From NCBI GenBank assembly GCA_030390025.1, contig CM059432.1:13764001-13828000 (forward strand): a DNA stretch of 64,000 nucleotides, read 5' to 3'. The translations under genes and the position numbers were made by a program. Under the pieces are notes generated by a model. The model saw only the letters and a list, made by a program, of their open reading frames with translations. It was not told the DNA's origin and did no database searches. Shown here piece by piece: positions 39,096 through 51,421 of this stretch. The stretch is from Squalus acanthias. Taxonomy: Eukaryota. Within the stretch, counting starts at the first letter, position 1; each line of letters starts with the position of its first letter.

Positions 39096-39806
39096 GAAAA
39101 ACAAACAATAAAGGGTCCTATAATGGTAAATAATGACAATCTGTCCCTTATCCATCATTGACTGATACTCAAAGAAATAATGATGTTCATCCAGCAAGTA
39201 AAATGGTACATACCAACCAAAAAGCACCTTAATGATTGGCATAATACATCACTCAAATAACCTGCATGGCTAATCCATTATATACTCAATTCTATTCACC
39301 ACTTTCTACCAGCTGGATTTTTCTTTTGAAAGGTTGGTTGTAAGGAAAAAGCTTTCTTGTTGCAGAACCTACTCAAGGCAAACCACAAGTAGAACCTGTT
39401 ATATCCACCTCCCCAGGCCTAATATTAATGCACATATCAAAAGCCACATGTACAGCATGATCCATTATTTTAGTCACTATCTTTTAGTTTGGTTATGCAA
39501 GTTAGAATTTTATATCTTTTTCTATAACACAATGTTTCACATCGCCTTATCTGACATGGCTGCTTATGTCTCTTCTCCTTACCTGCTCGGTATGTATTGC
39601 CCAACTAGTTTCTAGTGCCGCATAGATTACGGATTATTTTTAAATTTTAAATCTACAATGTTTCTAGGTAGTGCTATTAATGGTAATAGTTCTATTTCAC
39701 CATTACTTTTTAAAGTGTGTTAAGGCTGCTAGTGCTATTGTGAACTTTGTGAATGAAAGCATAGTTACTATATATGGGAACATAGGAACAGAAGTAGGCC
39801 ATTCAG

Positions 39807-40445
39807 TTCTTTTTGTTCTTCTTTCGTATGGTAGTAGCAAAGCAAATCAAATGTCAATATCTAACTCAGATATCCAGGCCAAAGCTTCTGGTGTAACAGC
39901 CTGGATATCTTGTAGGCTGCCTGCGAATTTCCTCTGAGGGCAGTGCTCAATGATGTGTTCCAGGGTCTGACCAGGAGCTCCACAGTCGCATGATGGGGTG
40001 CTTTAATCTTCCATCTATAGAGAAGGTGGCAGGATCTACCATGACCGATTCTGAGGTGGTTGATGGTTGTCCACTGTTTGTGAGGAAGGTTTGATTCTTC
40101 AGGTTGTAGTGGGGTCCTCTAAGGAATCCATTCCGTACATCACAGTTCTTCCAAGCATTTCGCCATCGGTCATCAAGGCGGAGGGGAGATCGCTGAAGGG
40201 CTTTGGCGATGGTCCAAAATGGCCTTCTAGATTGGAGACGGGTTGGTGGTAGGTTGTTCAAGGCGGCCTGGATCAGCATGTCTTTGCTGGAGTAGCGGTT
40301 GTATTCTCTGGAGACTGCATATTCGCGACATAGGTGTGATGGTGCGATGTTTGCAAGCACAGGCAGCCAAGGTGTTGGTGTCGATAAAAGCGCACTGGTG
40401 ATAATTCTCAGTAAGATTCAGCTGGGCATCAATGGATTTGACATG
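39807..40445 (-). mobile_element. Vingi/Ingi-like (I-group) LINE 3' fragment with C-terminal CCHC finger
   Basis: Across frameshifts: STPTPWLPVLANIAP...RLQSRRPFW...NHLRIGHGR...CDCGAPGQTLEHIIEHCP...WISELDIDI*; tail CCATACGAAAGAAGAA. Clade assignment is from recalled motifs. Confidence 0.65.
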
Positions 40446-40449
40446 CCAG

Positions 40450-40890
40450 GAAAGGCTGATCTACACATCAACTCCATTTACCCACCTTTGATCCATATGC
40501 CTCGATACCCTTACCTAACAAAAATCTATTGACTTCAGTCTTGAAAATTTCAATTGACCCAGCATCCACAGCGAGTTCCAGATATCCACTACCCTTTGTG
40601 TGAAAAATTGCTTCCTGATTTCACTCCTAACTGGCCTAGCTCTAATTTTAGGATTGTACTCCCTTGTTTTGGATTCCCCCACCAGAGGAAGTAGTTTCTC
40701 TGGATCTACCCTATAGAATCCCTTTATCATTTTAAACACTTAGTAGATTACCCCTCAACCTTCTATACTCAAGGGAATACAATACCAAGTCTATGCAACC
40801 TGTCCTGGGGAACACCGCTTGCGACATCCTGCCAATCAGAGAACATGGCCTTTATCCCTACTCTCTGTTGCCTACCTCCCAACCAATTCA
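40450..40890 (-). mobile_element. CR1 3' fragment (its extreme 3' end lies at ~39770-39806, split by the Vingi-like insert)
   Basis: FKMIKGFYRVDPEKLLPLVGESKTRE...FFTQRVVDIWNSL. Confidence 0.8.
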
Positions 40891-42619
40891 GAATAACCCA
40901 AAACCAAATAAAATTTGTTACCAAGTATTAAGTTTGCTTGAAAACGAAACAGCAGAATTTATCAATATCCCCTGTATTGCAAATATTTCATCCAAGTTAT
41001 ATACAAGGTCAAACACAGTGATTATGCATTATAAAGTTTGAAATGTGAATTACTAGAAAACAAGTGCTAAAATCATTCAAAGCTTTATGAAAGTCAGCTG
41101 ATTTATTCTTTACGAAGCAGCTTGAAACTAGAAAAGTGACAAGATAGTGATTAAGGGAAGTCTACCAAAACTGCAGGAAACCGTGTCAGGGAGAGCCACA
41201 GATTCACCAGACTCATCACAATTCATGTTAATAATTTCAAGACCAATATGGTATATCATTTACAAAATCTGTTTTTGCTAAATCTAAAAATATCAAATTC
41301 AGCTTATGTGGGACAAACAAACCAACTGACCCTCAGAGAATCCAGATAAGACATATCAGCTGCTAAATGTATTCATTTGAAACTGTTCACTCCGTTATTT
41401 TGGTGGAGACATTGTCCAATTTATTTCAAATGTTCATACACTAGTACCCCATGGTATAATTTCATGGTCTGGGTTTCAATATTTACTTCTTTGCAATTCT
41501 GGCATACCCTTGTTAAAGCAATAATGCTTAATGATTGTTATGTAATTCTTCCTTATAACTGGAGCAAAACATCTTGACCTCCTATCTTTGAAAATAAACT
41601 TTAGTACCATCCATTTTTAAGCTACTGATGATTCCCAAAGTGCACATCAATTTCAGAAAAGCAGTTTTGTATTCACTTGAAGGTGATATATCTAAAATGT
41701 GGTGCATTATAAAAACAGATTTACAAATAATGACAAAATAGATTCCAGTATTACAACCCATTCAGGACAGTTTTGAATGGAGGGAGGGAGAGAGAAACTA
41801 GTTAAGGCCAAACATGACTAGCAAATGTCACTGTCTACGTTCTTGTACTAAAGATGTATGCATTTTATAATCCATGACAGTTCATGTAGATCTCTGAAGC
41901 ATCCAATCTAATTGAGGAAGAAGCGGAGAAATATTCGAAGTGAAAGGAATTCTCATTTTGTATGGAAAGGGCTGTAGATAGAACGTTTTGTATAATTTTT
42001 GCTTCATAAATGTTGTTTCGTAAATAGCAACATTTAGTAATTGACGAGTACCAGTGCTTGCCAATGCATAAGCAGCAGTAGCTTGGAGAACTTGAATGAA
42101 TAACATTTACACTGGTTATAAACTACTGAATAACTGTCCTTATTTTCATCCAGATACCAGAACAGGTTTCCAATGAAAATACATGGGGAATCTTGTCTTT
42201 TCTCCATTCATGTTAAGGATGTTGGTGAGGGGTAATGGAACACCAATTACACTTTCACCCAATGTTATTGTTGCAGTTTGGGGTTTAGCCACACCATATC
42301 TTGTCCAAATGACCTGAAGACAGTTTCCATAAATGGATTGTGAGAAGAACCAAAATAAGTATCTTTCACTTTCTGCCTCACATTCTGCCATGGATCTAAC
42401 AATAACCCTGATTGCAGGAAGATGTATTGGAATTTGCCTAGGATCCCCACTACATTTTCAGTTTCTCAGATGACAGAACATTACATTAAACCAGCTTTGG
42501 TTTAATTGAATTATTAGGTTAATAATTAAATTAACAATTGATAATTAAAACAGCAAATAAATTGGGCAAATACTATACGGCAGAATAAATAATTCTGCAT
42601 ATATGTAAGACAAGACAGA

Positions 42620-43066
42620 CAGACTTGCATTTATATAGCACCTTTCACGACCACCAGACGTCTCAAAGCCAATGAAGTCCTTCTGAAGTGGAGTCACTGT
42701 TGTAATGTGGGAAACATGGCAGCCAATTTGCGCACAGCAAGGTCCCACAAACAGCAATGTGAAAATGACCAGATAATCTGTTTTTGTTATGCTGGTTGAG
42801 GGATAAATATTGGCCAGGACACCAGGGATAACTCCCCTGCTCTTCTTCGAAATAGTGCCATGGGATCTTTTACATCCACCTGAGAGAGCAGATGGGGCCT
42901 CGGTTTAATGTCTCATCCGAAAGACGGCACCTCCGACAGTGCAGCACTCCCTCAGCACTGCACTGAAGTGACAGCCTAGCTTTATGTGCGCAAGTCCCTC
43001 GAGTGGGACTTGAACCCACAACCTTCTGACTCAGAGGCGAGTGTGCTACCAACTGAGCCACAGCTG
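42620..43066 (-). mobile_element. Deu-domain tRNA SINE (SacSINE1-like), full length
   Basis: A box TGGCTCAGTTGG, B box GGTTCAAGTCC, complete Deu core and tail; the 5'-most 14 bp are duplicated at 43073-43086. Confidence 0.92.
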
Positions 43067-43510
43067 GTACTCCTGAGCCACAGCTGTATATACACATACA
43101 CAAACAGCTGGACACCTCATGCATGGGATTCACAGGGAATACACATGCCAAATGCTCAGATTTCTTGCATCGAAACAATCTCAAGAAACTTAACATAAAG
43201 ATCCTCTGCGTTGAATCCCACTATTCTTTTGACATTAGGACTATCAAGCACAATAAATGCAATGCTACTTTGATGTGTGACAATAGCACAAAACCTGCTA
43301 TTTGTAAGATCAGATCACAAATATCATGTGAAAACCAAATGGCATGCTAATGAAAATATATATGCATACAATCTAGAATCGTAGCAGATTTTATTCTGCA
43401 GAACACAATGCATAAAATTATCAGTTTAATACAATTTAAAGTAACATAGATCAATATATTTTGTGGCCATAAGGCAGACAAAGCATCAAGAGACATTTGA
43501 GGGCATGCGC

Positions 43511-44548
43511 TGACCTGGATATTGGAATACAGAGTAGAATTTCTAAATTTGCCGATGACACCAAACTTGGGGGTGTGGCAAACAGTGATGATGATACCAA
43601 CAGGACATAGAAAGGCTAGCAGAATGGACAGACAAGTGGCAGATGGAATTTAATACAGAGAAGTGTGAGGTAATGCATTTTGGCAGAAGGAACAGGGAGA
43701 GGCAATATACACTTAATGGCACAGTTTTAAAGAGTGTGTAGGGACAGAGGGACCTGGGAGTTAATGTGCATAGGTCCCTGAAGGTGGCAGGACATATTGA
43801 GAGAGTGGTTAACAAAGCATATGGGATCTTGGGCTTCATAAATAGAGGTGTTGAGTACAAAAGTAGAGAAGTTATGCTGAACCTTTATAAAGCGCTGGTT
43901 AGGCCACAACTGGAGTATTGCGTCCAGTTCTGGTCACCACACTTTAGGAAGGATGTGAAGGCCCTTGACAGGGTGCAGAGGAGATTTACCAGAATGGTTC
44001 CGGGGATGGGGGATCTTAGCTACAAGGACAGGTTGGAGAAGCTGGATTTGTTTTCATTAGAGCAAAGGAGGTAGAGGGATGATTTGATAGAGGTGTACAA
44101 GATTATGACGGGTTTGGATAGGCTAGAAAAGAAAAGACTTGCATTTATATAGCGCCTTTCACAACCACCAGACGTCTCAAAGCGCTGTACAGCCAATTAA
44201 ATACTTTTGAAGTGTAGTCACTGTTGTAGACGGGGAAAGGCTGTTCCCACTAGTTGATGTTACAAGGACTAGGGGACACAGATTTAAGGTTTTGGGCAAG
44301 AGATACAGGGGGATGTGAGGAAAAACTTTTTTTACGCAGCGAGTGTTGATGACCTGGAATTCACTGCCGACGGAAGTGATAGAAGCGGAGACACTCAATG
44401 TTTTCAAGGGGAGACTGGATATGCACTTGAAGGAAATAAACTTGCAGGGCTACGGGGATAGAGCGGGGGAATGGGATTGACTGGATGCTCTACAGAGAGC
44501 CGGCACAGACTCGATGGGCCGAATGGCCTCCTTCTGTGCCGTTATGAC
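43511..44548 (+). mobile_element. CR1 LINE 3' fragment, young subfamily
   Basis: Near-identical to 11416-12350; [19 protein letters not shown]. Confidence 0.92.
44128..44226 (-). mobile_element. Deu-domain SINE 3' tail inserted into the young CR1
   Basis: Absent from the sister copy (GGCTAGATGGGG at ~12034); flanked by TAGA on both sides. Confidence 0.85.
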
Positions 44549-44559
44549 CAAGTAGAGCT

Positions 44560-45140
44560 GAAGGAGGCTGCAAAGCTAGGGACAGACAAAGGTAAACAAG
44601 CATCCCTAAATAAGAATGATGATCTTGAATTTAATGCATTGGGGATGGGAAGCCAATGAAAGTTGGGAAGGATAAGAACAAGGACAACAGAGGAGCCAGA
44701 CAGTGCAGGATAGGATGAGATTGAGTGTCCAGTGTGTAGGATGGAGCTCAGAAGGCCAGCAAGGAGAGTGTTGAAGAAGTTGAGCCTGCAGGCAACAAAG
44801 GCATGAATGAGTGTTATGGTGGCAATGATGTGAGGTGAGGGAGAAGCAGGTGGTGTAGCAGAGATGTAAATAGGCAGTTTTGGCAATGGTAAACAGGGCA
44901 CCAAGGTTCCACAGCTTCTGATTGAGGCAGAGTGAGCAGAGTAGAATTGAATTGAGGCTGTGATGTGGAGATTTTGATCGTAGCTGAGCAGCTTGTCTTT
45001 AGTTTTGTCCATTGGAAAAGTTTATGATCTGATATCAGTTAAGCAATTGGGGGGTGCACTGCGGTTGTGGATTTCATCAGCAAACAAATCCTATGCTTGC
45101 AGATGTGTTGCTGAAGGGCAGTATACAGATGAGGAGGTGC
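44560..45140 (-). mobile_element. L2 fragment, old
   Basis: TLIHAFVACRLNFFNTLLAGL...FHWLPI. Confidence 0.75.
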
Positions 45141-45196
45141 TTAATTCTCTTTCTCCCCATTATTTTGAGAACTTCAATTCATCATTTCACAAATAG

Positions 45197-48100
45197 TGGC
45201 AACCACGCAATGGTGGTTATGTTATGGGACTAGTAATCCAGAGGCCTGGACTAATGATCCGTTCAAATCCCACCACGACAGTTGGGAATTTAAATAAATC
45301 TGGAATAAAAAGCTAGTATCAATAATGATGACCATGAAACTACCGGCTTGTTGTAAAAACCCAACTGGTTCACTGATGTCCTTTAGGGAAGGAAACTTGC
45401 TGTCCTTACCCGGTCTGGCCTATATGTGACTCCAGACCCACAGCAATGTGGTTGACTTTAAATGCCCTCTGAATTGGCCTAGCAAGCCACTCAGTTGTAT
45501 CAAACAACTACGACAAAGTTGATTTAAGAATAACGGATGGACAACCAGGCATCGACCTAGGCATCGGACTCGGACACGACAAATGCAAACCCAGGCCAGT
45601 CAACCCTGCAAAGTCCTCCGCACTGACATCTGGGCAAAATTGGGAGAGCTGTTCCACAGACTAGTCAAGCCTGACATAGTCATACACACAGAATCATACC
45701 TTTCAGCCAACGTCCCAGACTCCCCACCATCCTTGGATATGTCCTGTCCCACCGGAAGTAGTAGCATAGTGGTATTCACTCCGGAGGGAGAGGCCCTGGA
45801 AGTCCTAACCATTGACTCCGGACCCCATGAAGTCTCATGGCATCAAGTCAAACATGAGCAAGGAAACCTGTTGAGTACCACCTACTGCCCTCCCTCAGCT
45901 GATGAATCAGTACTCTTCCATGTTGAACACCACTTGGAAGAATCACTGAAGGTAGCAAGGGCACAGAATGTACTCTGGGTGGGGGTCTTCAATGTCCATC
46001 ACCAAGAGTGGCTTGGTAGCACCACTACTGACCGAGCTGGCTGAGTATTGAAGGATACAGCTGCCAGACTGGGCCTGCAGAAGGTGGAGAGAGAACCAAC
46101 ACGAGGGAGAAACCTACTTGACCTCGTACTCACCAATCTACTGGTCGTAGATGCATCTGTCCATGACTGTACTGGTAGGAGTGACCACCGCACAGTCCTA
46201 GTGTGAAGACGGGACTTTGTCTCCACACTACCACTGTGCTAAATGAGATAGATTCAGAACAGACCTAGCAGCTCAAAACTGTGCATCCATGAGGCGCTGT
46301 GGGCAATCAGCAGCAGAATTGTATTCCACCACAATCTGTAACCTCATGGCCTGGCATATTCCTCACTCTACCATCATCATGCCAGGTGACCAAACCTGGT
46401 TCAATGAAGAGTGTAGGAAAAGCATGCCAGGAGCAGCACCAAGCGTACCTAAAAAGCTACAACACAGGCCTACATACATGCATGCTAAACAGCAGAAGCA
46501 GTATGCTATAGACAGAGCTAAGAGATCCCATAATCAAAGCTCTGCAGTCCTGCCACACCCAGTCATGAATGGTGGTGGACAAATAAACTAAAAGGGAGGA
46601 GGAGGCAACAAGAACATCCCCATCCTCAATGATGGTAGAGCCACTTGTGGGTGCAAAAGACAAGGCTGAAGCATTCACAACCATCTTCAGCCAGAAGTGC
46701 CGAGTGGAGGATCCATCTCGGCCTCCTCCTGAGGTCCCCGCCATCACAGATGCCAGTCTTCAGCCAATTCGATTTACTCCATGTGATATCAAGAAACGGC
46801 TGAGTGCACTGGACACGGCAAAGGCTATGGGCCCCGACAACATTCCGGCTGTCGTGCTGAAGACTTATGCTCCAGAACGAGCCGCACCTCTAGCTAAGCT
46901 ATTCCAGTACAGCTACAACACTGGCATCAACCTGGCAAAGAGGAAAATTGCCCAGGTATGTCCTGTCCACAAACGGCAGGACAAATCCAATCCAGCCAAT
47001 TACCGCCCCATCAGCTTACTCCCAATCATCAGCAAAGTGATGGAAGATGTCGTCGACAATGCTATCAAGCAAAGCTTACTCACCAATAACCTATTCACTG
47101 ATGCCCAGTTTGGGTTCTGTCAGGATCACTTGGCTCCAGACCTCATTGCAGCCTTGGTCCACAACATAGACAAAAGAGCTGAATTCCAGAGGTGAGGGGA
47201 GAGTGACTGCCCTTGGCATCAAGGAACCAGAGTAAAATTGAAGTCAATAGGGATCAAGGGGAAAACTCTCCACTGGCTGGAGTCATACCTAGCACAAAGG
47301 AAGATGATTGTGGTTGTTGGAGGCCAATCATCTCAGCCCCAGGACATCGCTGCAGGAGTTCCTCAGGGCAGTGACCTAGGCCCAACCATCTTCAGCTGCT
47401 TCACCAATGACCTTCTCTCCATCATAAGGTCAGAAGTGGGGATGTTTGCTGATGATTGCACAGAGCTCAGTTCCATTCGCAAATCCTCAGATAATCAAGC
47501 AGTCAGTGCTCGCATGCAGCAAGACCTGGACAACAGTCAGGCTTGGGCTGATAAGTGGCAAATAACATTCGCGCCACAAGTGGCAAATAACATTTGTGCC
47601 ACAAATGCCGGGCAATGACCAACAAGAGAGAATCTAACCACCTCCCCATGACATTCAACAGCATTACCATCATCAAATCTCCTACCATCAATATCCAGCG
47701 GGTCACCATTGCCCAAAACCTCAACTGGACCAGCCCATAAATACTATGGCTACAAGAGCAGGTCAGAGGCTGGGTATTTTACAGTGAGTGACTCACCTCC
47801 TGACTCCCCAAAGCCTTTCCACCTACGAGGCACAAGTCAGGAGTATGAGGGAATACTCTCCACTTGCCTGGACGAATGCAGCTCCAACAACACTCAAGAA
47901 GCTTGACACCATCTAGGACAAAGCAGCCCACATATTCGGCACCCCATCCACCACCTTAAACATTCACTCCCTCCACCATCAGCATAATATAGCTGCAGTG
48001 CATACCATCTACAAGATGCACTGCAGCAACTCGCTGAGGCTTCTTCGACAGTACCTACCAAACCCGCGACCTCTACCACCTAGGACAAAGGCAGCAGGCG

Positions 48101-48357
48101 CATCGGAACACCACCACCTCCAAGTCACAAACCATCCTGACTTGGAAATAGAATGCCGCTCCTTCATCGTCACTGGGTCAAAATCCTGGAACTCCCTCCC
48201 TAATGGCACTGTGGGAGTACCTTCACCACACTGAGCAGCAGCTCAAGGCGGTGGCTCACCACCACCTTCTCAAGGGCAATTAGGGATGAGCAATAAATGC
48301 TGGCCTTGCCAGTGGCACCCACATCCCATGAATTAATAAAATTAAACAAAAAAAAAT
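45197..48357 (+). mobile_element. ~3.1-kb single-ORF CR1-group LINE (APE endonuclease + RT) with tRNA-derived 5' head; decayed
   Basis: Head with anticodon-like loop CTAGTAA (45230-45236) and B box GTTCAAATCC (45261-45270); PDIVIHTESYL, NLLDLVLTN, KAMGPDNIP, NYRPISLLPIISK, QFGF, GVPQGSDLGPTIF, MFADDC; A-rich tail at ~48335-48357. Confidence 0.88.
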
Positions 48358-49479
48358 CTAATAAGCATTGCCGAAACAGTATTTTTGGGCATGCCTCCTC
48401 TTCCATCTGAATCTGGAATATGGTTCTGCTGTAAAGAATTCCAAGCTGATTGAATTTTACTTTAATAATTTATGCTCATTTCCACTTACTACACTTCTAC
48501 CATGATGCATTTAAAAACCAAGTTTCCTTTATTTTGCAAACAGGTCTGAGGCTTCCAAATTGATATTTGAGGTAATCAAGTGGCTGACATTTTATTAATT
48601 GAAAAGCTATTTAATTTTCAGATCAAACCACAAATGGAAACAGTCTAAACGTAGCAGATACTATAGTCGTAACACACACAACATAGACTTTTCCTCCTGC
48701 ATCCATCCTTCCCTGGAATTCACATCAGAACCAAACCAAAATTGTTCTATCCCAGCCCAGATGAGCCCAATCTCGGTTGCATGTGCCAATGACCCTAGAG
48801 GTTTGTTTGGGGACTGAACCAATAGGCAGGAGCCATTCTCCTTCTGTCACAAGAAGATCTCATTAACTCAGTCTTGTAACCCCAAGAGACTTCCTGTTCC
48901 CTCCCAATTTGATGGTAGATTCTCACCTTCCAAGCATTATCGAACATAGGTCTGTATTTTTGAGTACTGTCTATCCAGTGTAAGTACGCAGGTAGTTTTA
49001 TTTTGATCACCATACCAGGATTAAGAGCCTTTGTCACTAACAATGCTGACAGAATCATTCTGCACGAGCACTGTTGGGCATTAACTTCCAACAGTAATCC
49101 CAAACATATGGCTACCCATCTGCCTTGGCTAGAATATTCACCATTGTTCACCTCAACTTCTCAAAAGAGGGATATTTTAGGAAAGTGCCACAGTATGTGA
49201 AGGAATGCACCCTTTTGGGTATCATAACACCCGTGAGTAGCCCAGATTAGTCAGTCATTCATTGTGGAGAATTACAGAATCTTACATAATTAACCTCATA
49301 CATACACTAGTAGATAGTAAGTATGAGTTTGTTCAAATTGTACACCCAATTAGAGTGCGTGAATACAACTTCAAGATCCTTCTCACAGGTCATGGATTGC
49401 ACCAGCTACTAGCTGGGATGAAGTGCCCATTAAAATTTGGAGTGAACACTGGCAGGGAATGAGAACTTCCCTTTTTTTG

Positions 49480-49540
49480 ATGGCGCGCATGCGCGGGACT
49501 CCTCTGGTCCGATAACGTCACTTGCCGCGCACGTGCACTG
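49480..49540. promoter_or_regulatory. Short CpG-rich motif cluster (NRF1-like, half-CRE, E-box)
   Basis: CGCGCATGCGCG at 49484-49495, ACGTCA at 49515-49520 and GCACGTGC at 49529-49536 in CpG-poor surroundings. Confidence 0.3.
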
Positions 49541-50509
49541 CACTGAGCCATCTGAAATAGTTAATGCAGGTATGGGGAGAGGAGAGGACAGAGAGAACAT
49601 GAGCATGGAGGGAGGAGCATGGTGGTGGAGGATAAAGCGGGAACACAGCTCTTAAGTGATCATTTCTGACCCCACTTGGAAAGCACTATGGGTATAAGGA
49701 AAGGACATGATCAAGTTCAGTTGTGATGTTCCCCACAGTAAAGGTATTTGCCAACATACACTGCCATGTGAAGAATGGATAATTGGGAGGTTTTGAGGAC
49801 TGTTGGCACTAGAGGGACCACACCCACCATGAAATATTACCTTCAGGACAAGAGGGTTGAGAAATAAATTACACCTTATTAAAAAGAAAAAATATTGTGG
49901 GTTGAAGAGCACGAAAGAGGTTTTGAAATCTGTGAGGAAATGCAAGTAGAAGGTCAACTTGAATATTTGCAAAAGTTGGGTTGGTGGGAACCAACCACAG
50001 CAATTGTACATAAAGTTGGAAGGGTTGGGGTAGGGTAGAAAAGAGAAGAAATCTGATCTCGATAGGCTTAGAATATTCAAAATATTAAGGACTCTAGTGA
50101 TTACACTAGACAGCATACACAGTGTAATAACATACAGGCTCAAAGTAAGATCACAGGCTGTAGAATATAGTTATTATTAGTATGATGGGGAAAGTAAAAC
50201 AATCTTTCTGCCTATAACAGGTAGAAATACTACCAGTTATTTGTGTTGAACTGCTCCCTTTTTTTCCTCTTGGTTACTGTAATCAACAATTAGACTAAAT
50301 CAGTTATATCAAAACGATTTTAATAGAAAACTTTTTCAATTGCAATATGGAGGCTACAAATATGATCTTCTATGTGCAGTCGAAGTGTTTTCAATTTACA
50401 TATATAGCAATTAAATAATATTGCTTGATTTAAGAGATGTCCATCATTGTTTAAATTAAGTCTATATATCATGCGCTGTGGAAGAGCAACTAACCTACCA
50501 TCCATCTTA

Positions 50510-51002
50510 ATTTTCCTCCCTTCTTAGTTAGACTCATGCTCGGGTACAGATCCATGGGATAACAGCAGCAGTGGTGACCTCACCCAATTAACCATTCTTC
50601 ATTTGTAGACCTAGACAACAAATTTCAACCATGGGGGAGCATCAACGCTGAGCCAGATCGTGTCCGTGCCAACATCATACTTCACACACATTTCAGAAGG
50701 GTGAAAGGACACCAGTAAGGAGCAGGAAACCACCTGGTAATATTTCTCATTAGCCTAGAGGCCCACTCCTTCCCACAGCCCCACCAAGATAAGAATAAAT
50801 CAAAAATAACAGCAGAAAGTGCTGGAAACACTCAGCAAGTCAGGCAGCATCGAGGAGAGAGAAATAGAGTCAACATTTTGGGTCAAACCCTTCGTCAGAT
50901 TTCCAGCATCCGCAGTATTTTGCTAAAGAATAAATCAAATTTAGGACCATCCTGATTTAAATGACTCAATATCACACCAGGATATTTGTCCATTAAGCCA
51001 CC
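50510..51002 (-). repeat. Old unclassified SINE-like repeat (copy 4 of 4, includes putative head)
   Basis: Minus strand starts GGTGGCTTAATGG (A-box-like) and later has TTCCTGCTCCT...GATCTGGCTCAGC...TGTCTAGG...ATGAAGAATGG...TTGGGTGAGGT; split by a PLE. Confidence 0.5.
50805..50925 (-). mobile_element. PLE pLTR insertion with CpG-decayed hammerhead and 14-bp TSD
   Basis: TSD AAGAATAAATCAAA at 50791-50804 and 50926-50939; minus strand CTGACGAAGGGTTTGACCCAAAATGTTGAC; inverted tail TTTCCAGCATCCGCAGTATTTTGCT. Confidence 0.8.
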
Positions 51003-51372
51003 AGGAAACCAGTCTATAAAAACATAATTTAAACAGACTGCAGTGCTGTCACATTCCCAGTTGACTTTTTTTTAAAGAATAAGCTTTCTTCCTACTCAAG
51101 TTTCCACCGGTCTGCAGACTGGAGGATCCTGGAGATTGCTGGTGCACGACTCCCAGCAGTCCAGTGTTGTGTTCGAGCAGACGCTGAAATCTGAGACACA
51201 GACAGATAGTGCGAAATTGCTAAACATTCAAGGACAGAGCAAGTGAATTAAGGTCAGTGAAAGAGAGTCCAATATTTCAAAATGAAAGAGGATATCTGAC
51301 AGCACAAAATAAGAGCAATTCAGAGATCCGTAATCAGCAAGACACTTAATATGCGGTTGGGGGGGGGGTTGG

Positions 51373-51374
<2 letters not shown>

Positions 51375-51415
<41 letters not shown>
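51375..51415. repeat. (GA)n microsatellite preceded by G runs
   Basis: About 20 perfect GA units. Confidence 0.97.

Positions 51416-51421
<6 letters not shown>

Noticed and set aside
39801-40421. ATTCAG as TSD of the Vingi-like insert
   Set aside because: Element coding similarity continues past 40421 to ~40445, so the match is fortuitous.
42158-42313. Stop-free 156-nt minus-strand AG..GT interval (VIWTRYGVAKPQ...FHWKPVL)
   Set aside because: Weak donor (GTATCT), modest acceptor, no recognisable protein, and an equally plausible pseudo-exon on the plus strand; needs RNA-seq or BLASTX.
11298-44548. Near-identical ~1-kb sequences at 11.3-12.4 kb and 43.5-44.5 kb as a segmental duplication or LTR pair
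   Set aside because: Similarity is confined to CR1 sequence, with different 5' truncation points and unrelated flanks; they are independent insertions.
48927-49128. Minus-strand open frame ending FDNAWK at AAG|GTGAGA
   Set aside because: Good donor but no convincing acceptor and no recognisable protein.
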